From assembly GCA_965207035.1 (NCBI GenBank), contig OZ242259.1, positions 3,769,454-3,833,453 on the forward strand: a DNA stretch of 64,000 nt. The letters run 5' to 3'. The DNA is from Bryobacterales bacterium (GTDB lineage Bacteria > Acidobacteriota > Terriglobia > Bryobacterales > UBA6623). Position 1 is the stretch's first letter. Each line of letters begins with the position of its first letter. A model generated the notes under the pieces. That model saw nothing but the letters and a program-made list of their open reading frames with translations, did no database searches and had not been told where the DNA came from. Made by a program: the position numbers and the translations under genes. Below are positions 30,821-40,382 of this stretch, in pieces.

Positions 30821-31780
30821 ATGTTCCGATACCACATCGCTGCCCTTCTGCTGACAGCTGCTCCGCTTGTCTGCCAGCCAACCCACAGGCTCTTCGTGAC
30901 CAACGAGGCGAGCGATTCGGTCACGGTGATCGACAGCCGTACCGGCGAGGTCGAAAAGACGGTCGCGGTAGGCGGCCGCCCGCGTGGCATCGGATTCAGT
31001 CCCGACCGCAAGCGCGTCTATGTCGCGCTGGGCGACGAGAACGCGATCGGCGTGCTGAACATGGAGACGCTCGAATTGGAGCGCAAGATTTCCGCGGGTT
31101 CCGATCCCGAAGCGTTCGCCGTGCATCCCGACGGCACCATCTACCTATCGAACGAGGACGAGGGGCTCGCGACAGCGCTCAACCCGGAATCGGGCGAGAT
31201 CCTCGCCGAAATCAAGGTGGGCCTCGAACCCGAGGGTGTCGGTGTCAGTCCGGACGGCGAGCAAGTGCTCGTCACGAGCGAATCCTCCAACATGGTGCAT
31301 GTCATCTCTGTCGCCGAAAAGAAGATCGTGGCGAACATCCTGGTGGGAGCCAGACCGCGCGAGGTCGCGTTCAGCCCCGACGGCCGGTATTTCTGGGTGA
31401 CCTCCGAAGTTGCCGGCCACGTCTCCAAGGTCGAGAGGTCGACGAACCGCGTGGTCACCGTCAACAACAGGCTGCGCCGGGAGGTCAACCCCCGCGTGAA
31501 GCCCAAGGGCATCCTGCTCGATCCCGAAGCGAACCGTCTTTACGTTTCCCTGGGACGAGGCAACGCCATCGCGGTGCTGGATCCGGATACATTGCAATTG
31601 CAGGGCAGCGTCGAAGTGGGGGTGCGCTCGTGGGGCATCGCCCTGTCACGGGACGGCAAGCGGCTTTATGCGGCCAACGGGCCGGACTCCACGCTCTCCG
31701 TCGTTGACACGGAGGCCCTAACGGAGATCGGCACGATCCCGACTGGAGAAATGCCCTGGGGCGTGGTACTCGATGATTAG
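30821..31780 (+). CDS. YVTN-family beta-propeller repeat protein
   Basis: Signal MFRYHIAALLLTAAPLVC. Repeated units ..LFVTNEASDSVTVID..TGEV...V.VGGRPRGIGFSPDRKRVYVA.. x6-7. ORF trimmed from 30752. Confidence 0.85.
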   Translation: MFRYHIAALLLTAAPLVCQPTHRLFVTNEASDSVTVIDSRTGEVEKTVAVGGRPRGIGFSPDRKRVYVALGDENAIGVLNMETLELERKISAGSDPEAFAVHPDGTIYLSNEDEGLATALNPESGEILAEIKVGLEPEGVGVSPDGEQVLVTSESSNMVHVISVAEKKIVANILVGARPREVAFSPDGRYFWVTSEVAGHVSKVERSTNRVVTVNNRLRREVNPRVKPKGILLDPEANRLYVSLGRGNAIAVLDPDTLQLQGSVEVGVRSWGIALSRDGKRLYAANGPDSTLSVVDTEALTEIGTIPTGEMPWGVVLDD

Positions 31781-32726
31781 CCGCAGGCTGCTGCGGCTAC
31801 CCGCATTCGCCGCAATGGTCGCTCTTGCCGCCAGATCTCTCGCGGCCGGCGATGTCGCCGTCCTGGAGGCGATCGGCTGGAAGCTCTTCTTCGACCCAAT
31901 GCTGTCCGCGCCACGGAACACGTCGTGCGCCACCTGCCATATCCCGGAGAATGGCTTCGAGTCGGGCGTGGCGCTGGGGGAGGGAGCGTACGGAGACAGG
32001 CTGCCTAGAAACGCCCCGACGGTCGTGAATCTCGCCGACGCTACGTCCTTTTTCTGGGACGGCCGGGCGGAATCCCTGGAGGAGCAGGCGAAGGGACCGA
32101 TCGAGAATCCGATTGAAATGGACCTGTCGCTCGCCGAGGCCGCGCAAAGAGTCCGCGACGAGCCGGCCTACGTGCGGGCGTTCGCCAGGATCGGCATCAC
32201 GGACATCACGATCGAAGAAATCGGTCGCGCGCTGGCCGCCTTCGAGAGGACGCTGAGAACCGGCCCTGCGCTGTACGACAGCTGGCTCGCCGGAGACCGC
32301 TCCGTCTTCGACGAATCACAGGAGCGCGGACGCATGATCTTCTTCACGCGCGGCCAGTGCGCCACTTGCCATTTCGGTCCCAACTTCACGGACGGCATGT
32401 TCCACAACATCGGCACGGGCACGGCCGAAGACCCGGGTCGCTTCGCCGTCAGCAAGGACGCCTACGATCTGGGGGCGTTCAAGACACCCGCCCTGCGCAA
32501 CTGGAAGGACCGCGAGCCCTTCATGCATGACGGCCGCTTCGCCACGCTGGACGACGTGCTTGACTTCTACAGCGAGCCGAAGACCGGTGCGGTCGGAGAG
32601 ACCGAACTCGACCCGTTGGAGTTCACCGGGCAAGAGCGGGCCGACATCAAGGCCTTCCTGGAGACGCTGAACGGCTCGTGGCCCGACCTCGAACCCTACG
32701 AATCAGCATGGACAGAAATCCAGTAG
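31773..32726 (+). CDS. Di-heme cytochrome c peroxidase / MauG family protein
   Basis: Two CxxCH motifs (SCATCHIPENGF; GQCATCHFGPNFTD), plus NAPTVVN, FWDGRA.SLEEQA.GPI.NP.EM and FKTPALRN. Confidence 0.9.
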   Translation: MISRRLLRLPAFAAMVALAARSLAAGDVAVLEAIGWKLFFDPMLSAPRNTSCATCHIPENGFESGVALGEGAYGDRLPRNAPTVVNLADATSFFWDGRAESLEEQAKGPIENPIEMDLSLAEAAQRVRDEPAYVRAFARIGITDITIEEIGRALAAFERTLRTGPALYDSWLAGDRSVFDESQERGRMIFFTRGQCATCHFGPNFTDGMFHNIGTGTAEDPGRFAVSKDAYDLGAFKTPALRNWKDREPFMHDGRFATLDDVLDFYSEPKTGAVGETELDPLEFTGQERADIKAFLETLNGSWPDLEPYESAWTEIQ

Positions 32727-32766
32727 GTCGGATCCCCGGGCGGAGCGGTCCCGCGAGCAGGACGCG

Positions 32767-34002
32767 TTGTCGTTGATTCCGAAGGAATCCGGGTGGCGCC
32801 ATTGGATCGCTTGGGCGGCGTTCGGCGCCACCGCGTCCAATTTCGCATCGATCGCCCTGGCGCACGCATGCCTCGCGCTTGGAATCGCCCTGCTGCTGGC
32901 CAGGCCCCGCTTGGCTCGCGCGCCAGCCGTGATGTGGCCAGCCCTGGCGCTCATCGCGTGGACACTCGTCGCGGTTGCGTTCTCGGACGAGCCCTCCTCG
33001 GCGTACCCACAGGTCAAGAAGCTGGTGGTATTCGCGATTCTGCCTTTGACCTACACCGCCTTCCGCACGACCGGCGCCTGCCAGCGAGTGGTCCAGGCGT
33101 GGTTCTCCGTCGCGTTCGGCGCATGTGCGCTGGCGCTTGCGCAGTTCGCCCGGGCGGTGCTGCACGCGGTGGCAACCGGGGACGACTTCTACAGATCCTA
33201 CGTGGGCGAGCGGATCACGGGCTTTCACAGCCACTGGTTGACGTTCAGCCACACAGCGGTCCTGGTGATGGTCACGCTCGCTTGTTATTTGCTGTTCGCC
33301 CGGCGCCGGCCAGGATTCCGCATATGGGGAATCGTCGCGGCCGTGATCGGCGCGGCGCTGGTGCTGAGCTTCACCCGCAGCGCCTGGCTGGCCCTGCTGG
33401 CCTCCGGGCTGTACTTGCTGGCGGTCGCGAAGCCGCGTCTGCTCGCCGTCGGTCCGATCGTGCTGGCGATTGCGTACCTGGTCGCGCCCAACGCGCTTCA
33501 GCAGCAGATGGAGTCAATCCGTCCCGGTGCCAACCAGTCCCGCATCGTGATGTGGCGGACGGGCGTGAACATGATCAAGGCGCACCCGATTACTGGAGTG
33601 GGCCCGGAACGTGCTGGCCCATTGTTCCCGGAGTACAAGCCCGAGGACGTCGTCGAACTGCCGACGGGATTCTACGGGCACCTTCACAACGTGTTCATTC
33701 ACTTCGCTGCCGAGCGCGGCATACCGGCAGCCATCATCGTCATGTGGCTTTTCCTTCAGGTGCTGGTCGACATGAGGCGCGGACTGCGACGAACCGAACC
33801 CGGCCGGAACGACCGGCGCTTCCAATTGCACGCGGGCGCGGCTGCCACCCTGGCCATCGTGATTCTCAGTTGCTTTGACGTCTCGCTGGGCGACAGCGAG
33901 GTGCTCGGGGCCTACCTGGCGATCGTGGCCGTTGCATACCGCGGCCTGCCGATGGGCCGGGAGGCGCCGGAGCGTAGCGGAAGCGCGTCGCGGGAGTCCT
34001 GA
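32767..34002 (+). CDS. O-antigen ligase / polymerase family membrane protein
   Basis: About 10 TM segments. SFTRSAWLALL, a periplasmic loop, and HNVFIHFAAERGIPAA (Wzy_C-like). TTG start. Confidence 0.8.
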   Translation: MSLIPKESGWRHWIAWAAFGATASNFASIALAHACLALGIALLLARPRLARAPAVMWPALALIAWTLVAVAFSDEPSSAYPQVKKLVVFAILPLTYTAFRTTGACQRVVQAWFSVAFGACALALAQFARAVLHAVATGDDFYRSYVGERITGFHSHWLTFSHTAVLVMVTLACYLLFARRRPGFRIWGIVAAVIGAALVLSFTRSAWLALLASGLYLLAVAKPRLLAVGPIVLAIAYLVAPNALQQQMESIRPGANQSRIVMWRTGVNMIKAHPITGVGPERAGPLFPEYKPEDVVELPTGFYGHLHNVFIHFAAERGIPAAIIVMWLFLQVLVDMRRGLRRTEPGRNDRRFQLHAGAAATLAIVILSCFDVSLGDSEVLGAYLAIVAVAYRGLPMGREAPERSGSASRES

Positions 34003-34051
34003 CACCCGGACCAAGGTCGAGCCGTGCGGGAACCAGACCGCGTGAGGCGCT

Positions 34052-35551
34052 GTGACATCATGGACTGAAGCGCTTATGGAATTCAGACTCGCTGGAGAAG
34101 ATCTGGCCGCTATCGAGGCCGACGCCGTCATCGGATTCGTCACGGACTCGAGCGAATCGGAATCCCCCGTCGGCGGGGAGTGGAACCGCCACACGAGCGG
34201 GCTATTCGGCGAGATCGTCGCCCGAGACGAATTCAAGGGGAAGCATCGGTCCACGGCGCTGATTCACAACCCGGTCGGGCTGCGAGCGGGTCGCTTGCTC
34301 CTTGCCGGCTGCGGGGACAGGTCGAAGCTGACCCTTGCCCGCGTCCGCGACGCGGCAGGGACCGCGTGGCGCCAGTTGCGCACGGCCGGCGTCAGGTCGC
34401 TGGCCGCGACGGTTCCCGACGGCCTCGATGCCAACGAAGGGGTGAGGGCTGTCGTCGAGGGCATCCTCCTGGCGGACTATGAATCCGACACCCACAAGAC
34501 GGACGAGAAGGACCGGTCCGTCCTGGAATCCCTGGCAATCTCGGTGAGGGATGCCAGCCAGGACGCGCTGGACCGCGCGGTCGCCACCGCGGAGGGACAG
34601 AATCGCGCCCGCGAGCTGGCGAACGAACCCGGCAACCTGCTCACGCCGAGCGTTCTGGCGTCGCGCGTGACAGGGCTCGCCCAGGATACCGGCCTCGAAT
34701 GCGAAGTGCTAGATCAAGCGCGTCTCGAGTCGCTGAAGATGGGCGCGCTGCTCGGAGTGGCTCGCGGCAGCAAGGAGCCGCCGGTCATGATCGTCGTGCG
34801 CTATCGGCCGGACGCGCCTGCCCCCGACGGTCCCCATCTGGGCCTGGTCGGCAAAGCCGTAACCTTCGACACGGGCGGGATCTCGCTGAAACCGCCAGCC
34901 GACATGCACCTGATGAAGCATGACATGGCTGGCGGAGCCGCGATGATCGGGGCGGTGCTGGCAATTGCCGCGCTGAAGCCTTCCGTCGCCGTGACGGCTG
35001 TGATTCCGTCGGTCGAGAATATGCCCGGCGGCGAAGCCCAGCGACCCGGGGATATCGTCACGACCCGCTCCGGCACAACCGTGGAAGTGTTGAACACGGA
35101 CGCCGAAGGGCGCCTGATTCTGGCCGACGCGCTGACCTATGCCGCGGAACTGGGCTGCACCCACCTCGTGGACGCGGCAACCCTTACGGGCGCGATCGTA
35201 GTGGCTCTGGGAAATGTCTACACGGGGCTTTTCGGCAATGACAAGGACTGGACGGGTCAGGTGGTGCAGGCTTCCAAGCGAGCGGGCGAGAAGATGTGGC
35301 CGATGCCTCTCGGAGAAGAGTATTCCGAGCTGCTTCGCAGCCCTGTCGCCGATGTCGCCAACATCGGCCCGCGGTGGGGCGGCGCGATCACGGCGGCAGC
35401 CTTCCTGGAGCGATTCGCGGGCGACACGCCGTGGGTCCACCTAGACATCGCAGGAACCGCTTGGTTCGAGTCCAAACAGCCGCACGCGCCCGTCGGCGCC
35501 AGCGGGGCGGGCGTGCCAACGCTGGTCGAGCTGGCCCTCGCCATCGGCTAG
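34052..35551 (+). CDS. pepA: Leucyl aminopeptidase (M17)
   Basis: Contains NEPGNLLTP, VGKAVTFDTGGISLKP, MKHDMAGGAA and NTDAEGRLILADALTYA. Confidence 0.93.
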   Translation: MTSWTEALMEFRLAGEDLAAIEADAVIGFVTDSSESESPVGGEWNRHTSGLFGEIVARDEFKGKHRSTALIHNPVGLRAGRLLLAGCGDRSKLTLARVRDAAGTAWRQLRTAGVRSLAATVPDGLDANEGVRAVVEGILLADYESDTHKTDEKDRSVLESLAISVRDASQDALDRAVATAEGQNRARELANEPGNLLTPSVLASRVTGLAQDTGLECEVLDQARLESLKMGALLGVARGSKEPPVMIVVRYRPDAPAPDGPHLGLVGKAVTFDTGGISLKPPADMHLMKHDMAGGAAMIGAVLAIAALKPSVAVTAVIPSVENMPGGEAQRPGDIVTTRSGTTVEVLNTDAEGRLILADALTYAAELGCTHLVDAATLTGAIVVALGNVYTGLFGNDKDWTGQVVQASKRAGEKMWPMPLGEEYSELLRSPVADVANIGPRWGGAITAAAFLERFAGDTPWVHLDIAGTAWFESKQPHAPVGASGAGVPTLVELALAIG

Positions 35552-35555
35552 GACG

Positions 35556-36170
35556 CTATTGGATTGTAGAGGCGCCCTCCATGCCGAGAGGGGCCGTGGT
35601 CACATTCCGGTTGACGTGCTTGTCGAGGTTGATGATGTACGTTTCGGGGGCATTGAGCAGGTGAGGGGAGTGTGTCGCGGCGACGATGCGGAAGCCCTTC
35701 TTGTCGACGAGTTCCTTGAGCATCTTCAGAATCCGTCTCTGGTTCGAGGCCGATAGCGCCATCTCGGGTTCGTCCAGCAGCAGCACGGACCCGTCCGGCA
35801 GCTGCGGGAACGTCTCCTGGAAGAGCGAGAGCATCACCTGGCCATGACTTGCGGTAAGCAGGAATTCCTGCATGTGCGGCTGGTCCTCGTACAGGGACGG
35901 GTTGTTGCGGGGATTGTGCTGCTCGGCGTCGAACAGCACGACCTTGCCCAGATCCACCTCCCGCTTGTCGAGGCGGTAGGCGTAGTTTTCGACCTGTTCT
36001 TCGCGAAGCGCGTAGTAGATCGAGTGGAGCAAGGTGGACTTGCCGGACCCGTTCTCCCCCTCCAGCATGATCAGCGGGTGCGAGAGATCCACGATCATCG
36101 GCATGTGGAAGTTGAGGTTGATGAAAACCGGGTGGCTGAGAATCTTGAGAAACATGCCTCGAACCAGCAT
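35556..36170 (-). CDS. Stand-alone minimal ABC/SMC-type ATPase (about 204 aa)
   Basis: ORF trimmed to the ATG at 36170 (alternative 36155). Walker A GENGSGKST, signature-like ASHGQ, Walker B LLLDEPEMALS and H-loop ATHSPHLL. No transmembrane or partner gene on the same strand. Confidence 0.75.
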   Translation of the reverse strand: MLVRGMFLKILSHPVFINLNFHMPMIVDLSHPLIMLEGENGSGKSTLLHSIYYALREEQVENYAYRLDKREVDLGKVVLFDAEQHNPRNNPSLYEDQPHMQEFLLTASHGQVMLSLFQETFPQLPDGSVLLLDEPEMALSASNQRRILKMLKELVDKKGFRIVAATHSPHLLNAPETYIINLDKHVNRNVTTAPLGMEGASTIQ

Positions 36171-36328
36171 AGCCCCTAGGCCTGCTGGCCGGGTGGAGCC
36201 CGCTGCCGCCTGCCGTTGTCGACGCTGTGTCCGCGATACCCCGCCAGAGCGCGAGCAGGCGCTCTCGCTAAGATTGAAAGCCGTGGGCGCCCCCGAGCGA
36301 GGAGGGCCCTCGCAACGGATTTCGGCCG

Positions 36329-37123
36329 GTGCCGTCGAGTTGCAGTATCGAAGTTCTCGGGTCGGGAACCAGCGTGGGAGTCCCGACAATCGGCTGCCAT
36401 TGCCGGGTCTGCGAATCAACCGACTCCCGAGACCGCCGCCTGAGACCCTCGGTCTTGATCCGCTTCGACGGAGAAGGAATCGAGAGATGCGTCGTGGTCG
36501 ACACGTCGCCAGACTTCCGCGCGCAGGCGCTGAGCTCCGGGCTAGCGCGGCTGGACGCGGTGCTGTACACCCACGATCACGCAGACCACATCATGGGCCT
36601 GGACGATATCCGGCCCTTCAACTACGGCAGGAAGGAGCGCATCCCCGTTTACGCGTCGAACGACACGCTCAAGTCTCTGAAACGTGTGTTTCCCTACGGC
36701 TTCTCCGGCGAGGGTAGCCATGCCGGTGGCGTCCCTCGGCTGGACGGAATAGCGATTGAAGACAGCCCCATCGAGTTGTTCGGCACACGATTCCAGCCAT
36801 TCCCAGTGGACCACGGGCCCAAGCGAATTCTCGGCTTCCGTTTCGGGCGGGCGGCGTACGTCACGGACCAGACGGGCTTCCCGGACGAGTCGCTCGCCCA
36901 GCTTGAGGACCTGGATGTGTTGTTCCTCGGCGCGTTGCGTCACCAGCCCCATCCGATGCACTCCACCGTGGAACAGGCCCTGGCATGGGTCGAGCGCATT
37001 CGGCCGAGCCGGGCGTTCTTCACGCACATCTGTCACGAATTGCCCCACGAAGAGACCAACCGTGAATTGCCCGACGGAGTTTCGCTAGCCTACGACGGCC
37101 TCCGGATCGCGGTGGAAGGGTAG
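36329..37123 (+). CDS. MBL-fold metallo-hydrolase (PhnP-like)
   Basis: Contains VLGSGTSVGVPTIGCHCRVC, RLRPSVLI and the YTHDHADHIMGLDD (HxHxDH) motif. Confidence 0.85.
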   Translation: MPSSCSIEVLGSGTSVGVPTIGCHCRVCESTDSRDRRLRPSVLIRFDGEGIERCVVVDTSPDFRAQALSSGLARLDAVLYTHDHADHIMGLDDIRPFNYGRKERIPVYASNDTLKSLKRVFPYGFSGEGSHAGGVPRLDGIAIEDSPIELFGTRFQPFPVDHGPKRILGFRFGRAAYVTDQTGFPDESLAQLEDLDVLFLGALRHQPHPMHSTVEQALAWVERIRPSRAFFTHICHELPHEETNRELPDGVSLAYDGLRIAVEG

Positions 37124-37129
37124 GCGCTC

Positions 37130-38089
37130 GTGAACGGAAGCTGGAAGAGCCTGCATGAGATCCCGGACGACTTCGGTCCAACGGCCGTGACGATCGGGAA
37201 CTTCGACGGCGTCCACCTCGGTCATCAGCGGATCCTGCAATCGGTTGCCCGGGCGGCCCGCGCCCGGTCCCTCTGCTCAGTCGCGCTGACCTTCGATCCG
37301 CATCCACTCAAGATCGTGGCTCCCTCGCTGGCACCGAAAACGCTCACTAGCATCCGCCAGCGGGTGGACCTGATCCGTCGGCAAGGGATTGATCGTGTCG
37401 CGATCCTCGCGTTCACCCCGGAACTCTCCCAGCTCTCGCCTGCCGAGTTCGCCGAGACCGTCCTGGCACGCAAGCTTGTCGCGAGACACGTCGTGGTCGG
37501 TGCGGACTTCCGCTTCGGACGCAAGCAGGCCGGCGATGCGGAGATGCTGAGAAGCTTGGGCGAGCGTCTCGGCTTTGACGTCGCCACGGGAGGGACCGTT
37601 CTGGTCGGCGGCGAGCCCGTGAGCAGCACGCGACTCCGGGATCTTGTAGCACAGGGCCGAATGGTCGAGGCACGACGCTTGCTGGGACGGGAATTCTCGC
37701 TCCAGGGCCCCATCGTCAGTGGCGAGGGAATCGGGTCCAAGCGAACCGTGCCGACCCTCAATCTCGAACCCGAGAGCCAAGTGCTTCCGGCAGATGGCGT
37801 CTACGTGACAGTGACTCGCCACTCGGGTCAGACCGGCCACAGGGAGTCCATTACCAACGTCGGCCTGCGACCGACCTTCGAAGGGCGCCACCGCACGATC
37901 GAGACATTCCTTCTCGGGGAAATGGCGGGGCCAACCCCGAACGCGATAGAATTGGGATTCCTGCGGAAGATTCGGGACGAGCGCAGGTTCCCGTCAGCCC
38001 AGTCGCTACGGGAGCAGATTTCGGTGGACATCGAGATCGCCGAGCGCTATTTCCGGAGGCTCCACGCCCTTTCAGAGAATCGTCCGTAG
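37130..38089 (+). CDS. ribF: Bifunctional riboflavin kinase / FAD synthetase
   Basis: TIGNFDGVHLGHQ.I, LTFDPHP, and the C-terminal kinase part G.V..G...G...G.PT.N with TIE.FL. GTG start. Confidence 0.92.
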   Translation: MNGSWKSLHEIPDDFGPTAVTIGNFDGVHLGHQRILQSVARAARARSLCSVALTFDPHPLKIVAPSLAPKTLTSIRQRVDLIRRQGIDRVAILAFTPELSQLSPAEFAETVLARKLVARHVVVGADFRFGRKQAGDAEMLRSLGERLGFDVATGGTVLVGGEPVSSTRLRDLVAQGRMVEARRLLGREFSLQGPIVSGEGIGSKRTVPTLNLEPESQVLPADGVYVTVTRHSGQTGHRESITNVGLRPTFEGRHRTIETFLLGEMAGPTPNAIELGFLRKIRDERRFPSAQSLREQISVDIEIAERYFRRLHALSENRP

Positions 38090-38137
38090 TTCCCTGATAA
38101 CACCTCCGGAGACGAGGTTTCCGGAAAGAGAGGACCT

Positions 38138-39166
38138 ATGACCACGCAACTCTCCGCCGAGAAATGTGCGCACCTGCAAGCCCTGGCCACTGACAGCGGA
38201 ATCATCGGAGCCGCTGCAATGGACCAACGCGGTTCCCTGCAAAAGGCAATCGGAAAGGGCAAGGGCATCGCGCCGGACGCAGTGACGCACGACATGATGA
38301 GCGATTTCAAGCTCTCCGTGTCGCGGATGCTGACCCCGCATGCCAGCGCGATCCTGCTGGACCCGATCTGGGGCATGCCTGGCGCGGAGGCCCGATCTTC
38401 CAATGTTGGCCTGCTCCTGTCCTATGAGAAGAGCGGCTATGACAACACACGGCCGGGACGCATGCCCGATCTGATCCCCGACCTGTCGGTTCGGCGGATC
38501 GGCGATCTCAACGCCAACGCGGTAAAGATCCTGCTGTACTACTCCCCGTTCGAGGACGCCGCAGTGAACGAGGTCAAACACGCGTTCATCGAACGCATCG
38601 GAGACGAATGCGCCGCCAACGACCTGCCGTTTTTCCTGGAGTTCGTAGGGTACGACCCGGATGGCGGCAACGAGAAGGGCCTGGATTACGCGATGCGCAA
38701 GCCCGAAGTCGTCGCTGAAAGCATGCGAGAGTTCTCGAAGGACCGTTACGGCGTGGACGTTCTCAAGGTCGAGGTCCCCGTGAACATGGCGTTCGCGGAG
38801 GGGTCGCGGGCCTGCGAAGGCGTGAGCGCGTATTCCAAGGCGGAGGCTCTCGAACACTTCCGCGCGGCGGCCGAAGCCGCAGGAAGGCCGTTCATCTATC
38901 TCAGTGCCGGGGTCACGAACGAGGTGTTCACCGAGTCCCTCGAGTGGGCTGCCGAAGCGGATGTGAACTTTTCCGGCGTGCTCTGCGGCCGCGCAACCTG
39001 GCAGGATGCAATCCCGATCTACTGCGAACAGGGCGTCGCCGCTCTGGAGGACTGGCTCGGCGACCAAGGTGCCGCCAATATCGGCAAGATCAACCAGTGC
39101 TTGGAGGGAGCGACTCCGTGGTACGGATTCTATGGAGCCGACAGCGCCGAGGCGCTGGTCGCATAG
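38138..39166 (+). CDS. Tagatose-1,6-bisphosphate aldolase (LacD-type class I aldolase family)
   Basis: LSAEKCAHLQALATDSGIIGAAAMDQRGSL, AILLDP, VKILLYYSP, LPFFLEFVGYD and DVLKVEVP fit the LacD-family pattern. Confidence 0.75.
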   Translation: MTTQLSAEKCAHLQALATDSGIIGAAAMDQRGSLQKAIGKGKGIAPDAVTHDMMSDFKLSVSRMLTPHASAILLDPIWGMPGAEARSSNVGLLLSYEKSGYDNTRPGRMPDLIPDLSVRRIGDLNANAVKILLYYSPFEDAAVNEVKHAFIERIGDECAANDLPFFLEFVGYDPDGGNEKGLDYAMRKPEVVAESMREFSKDRYGVDVLKVEVPVNMAFAEGSRACEGVSAYSKAEALEHFRAAAEAAGRPFIYLSAGVTNEVFTESLEWAAEADVNFSGVLCGRATWQDAIPIYCEQGVAALEDWLGDQGAANIGKINQCLEGATPWYGFYGADSAEALVA

Positions 39167-39193
39167 CGGTCTTGTAGCGACGCGAGCCGCGCC

Positions 39194-40309
39194 CTACATG
39201 TGGAGCAACTGCCCGAATTCCCGCAAGGCCCGCGCGTCGGCCGGGTCGAGGGATCCATCGGGCCGCAGCCTCACGCTGGTCAAGAGGTTGGCAGGGACGT
39301 TGCCGACCCGCCCGTACTCGTCGAGCAAGGCCCGTGCCGAACCGAGACTCGCATCATCGGCGCTCCCGCCGGCCCGCAAGTGCGCCCGAACCTCCCGGGA
39401 CTTGTCGCGATTCGCGAGCCGCGCCCTTTCGGCGATGTCGCCGCGGAAGGGCTGGCTCCCCTGCAGTCTCGGCTTCGTGGTGAAATCCTCGTCACCGCTG
39501 ACTCCTTGCCCGAAGCTGATCAGAATCCACGGTTGAGCCTGGCGCAGGATTGAATAGGTCTGCCCCACGGGAAAGAGATCGGGCCGGGCATAGTAACCGG
39601 CGGCCGGCTCCAGCCGAACGCCGGCAAGCGGCTCGTAGCGATAGACGATCTCTTCCAGCTGCCGATGCGCGTATTGGATGTAGCGCAGGAAGTCCTCGTC
39701 CTTGCGGAACTTGTACTCTTCCGGCGTTGTCTCGTAAGCGGGCCTGGACCGGTAGCTCTCGGCGCGACCGGTCTCGGATGAATAGAAATACGGGTGGCGC
39801 CAGTCCGCCGCGTAGGAGTAGGTGAGGAAGAGCCCGAGGCCCCGGTGCCGGCATGCCCGGGCAAGCTCTCCAACGAGATCTCGGCCGCCGCTCTCAAGAC
39901 TGTTGAAATCGGTCTGGACCGTCCGGAACAGGCAGAACCCATCAGCGTGGCGGGCAGTCATGACGACATATGCCATGTCGGCCTCGAGCGCTGTGGCAGC
40001 GATCTCTTCGGCATCGAAACCACTGGGGTCGAAGGTCTCCTTCAAGGCGGTATAGCGTTCCAACGGAATCGCTCCGTCGAACTGGGCGTCAGGACCTCGC
40101 CCCAATTGGCTGTACACGCCGTACTGAATCGCCAGGCCGCTACCGGCGGCTCGGAACCAGTCCCGCCCGGCCGCGTGCGGCGAGACGGCGTACTGGGCCT
40201 CGAAGCCTTCCAGAAACGCTGGAAAATCAGGCTCGGGATCAGGGGGCATCAGACTCGGCCCGCAACCAGCGAGACCGGTCGCCGCAACCAGGAACGAACG
40301 CCGACGCAT
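39194..40309 (-). CDS. Alpha-L-fucosidase (GH29)
   Basis: ORF trimmed to the ATG at 40309 (MRRRSFLVAATGLAGC, Tat/lipobox-like). Contains YVVMTARHADGFCLF.T....NS...GRDLVGELA.ACR..GL.L.LTYS. Confidence 0.82.
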   Translation of the reverse strand: MRRRSFLVAATGLAGCGPSLMPPDPEPDFPAFLEGFEAQYAVSPHAAGRDWFRAAGSGLAIQYGVYSQLGRGPDAQFDGAIPLERYTALKETFDPSGFDAEEIAATALEADMAYVVMTARHADGFCLFRTVQTDFNSLESGGRDLVGELARACRHRGLGLFLTYSYAADWRHPYFYSSETGRAESYRSRPAYETTPEEYKFRKDEDFLRYIQYAHRQLEEIVYRYEPLAGVRLEPAAGYYARPDLFPVGQTYSILRQAQPWILISFGQGVSGDEDFTTKPRLQGSQPFRGDIAERARLANRDKSREVRAHLRAGGSADDASLGSARALLDEYGRVGNVPANLLTSVRLRPDGSLDPADARALREFGQLLHM

Positions 40310-40382
40310 GGATTGGATTGTATCGGCCCGCCGCCGGATAGCCCAGCCTCGCGCGATGTCCGGGGACTGATAGACTGGCGCC

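Noticed and set aside
35463-35473. GGTTCGAGTCC T-loop-like string.
   Set aside because: It lies inside the well-supported pepA reading frame and no cloverleaf can be built around it.
35556-36170. Foreign (low-GC) origin of the orphan ATPase gene.
   Set aside because: Two hand-counted 100-nt blocks gave 60% and 64% GC. That is too close to the surrounding genes to claim a compositional anomaly.
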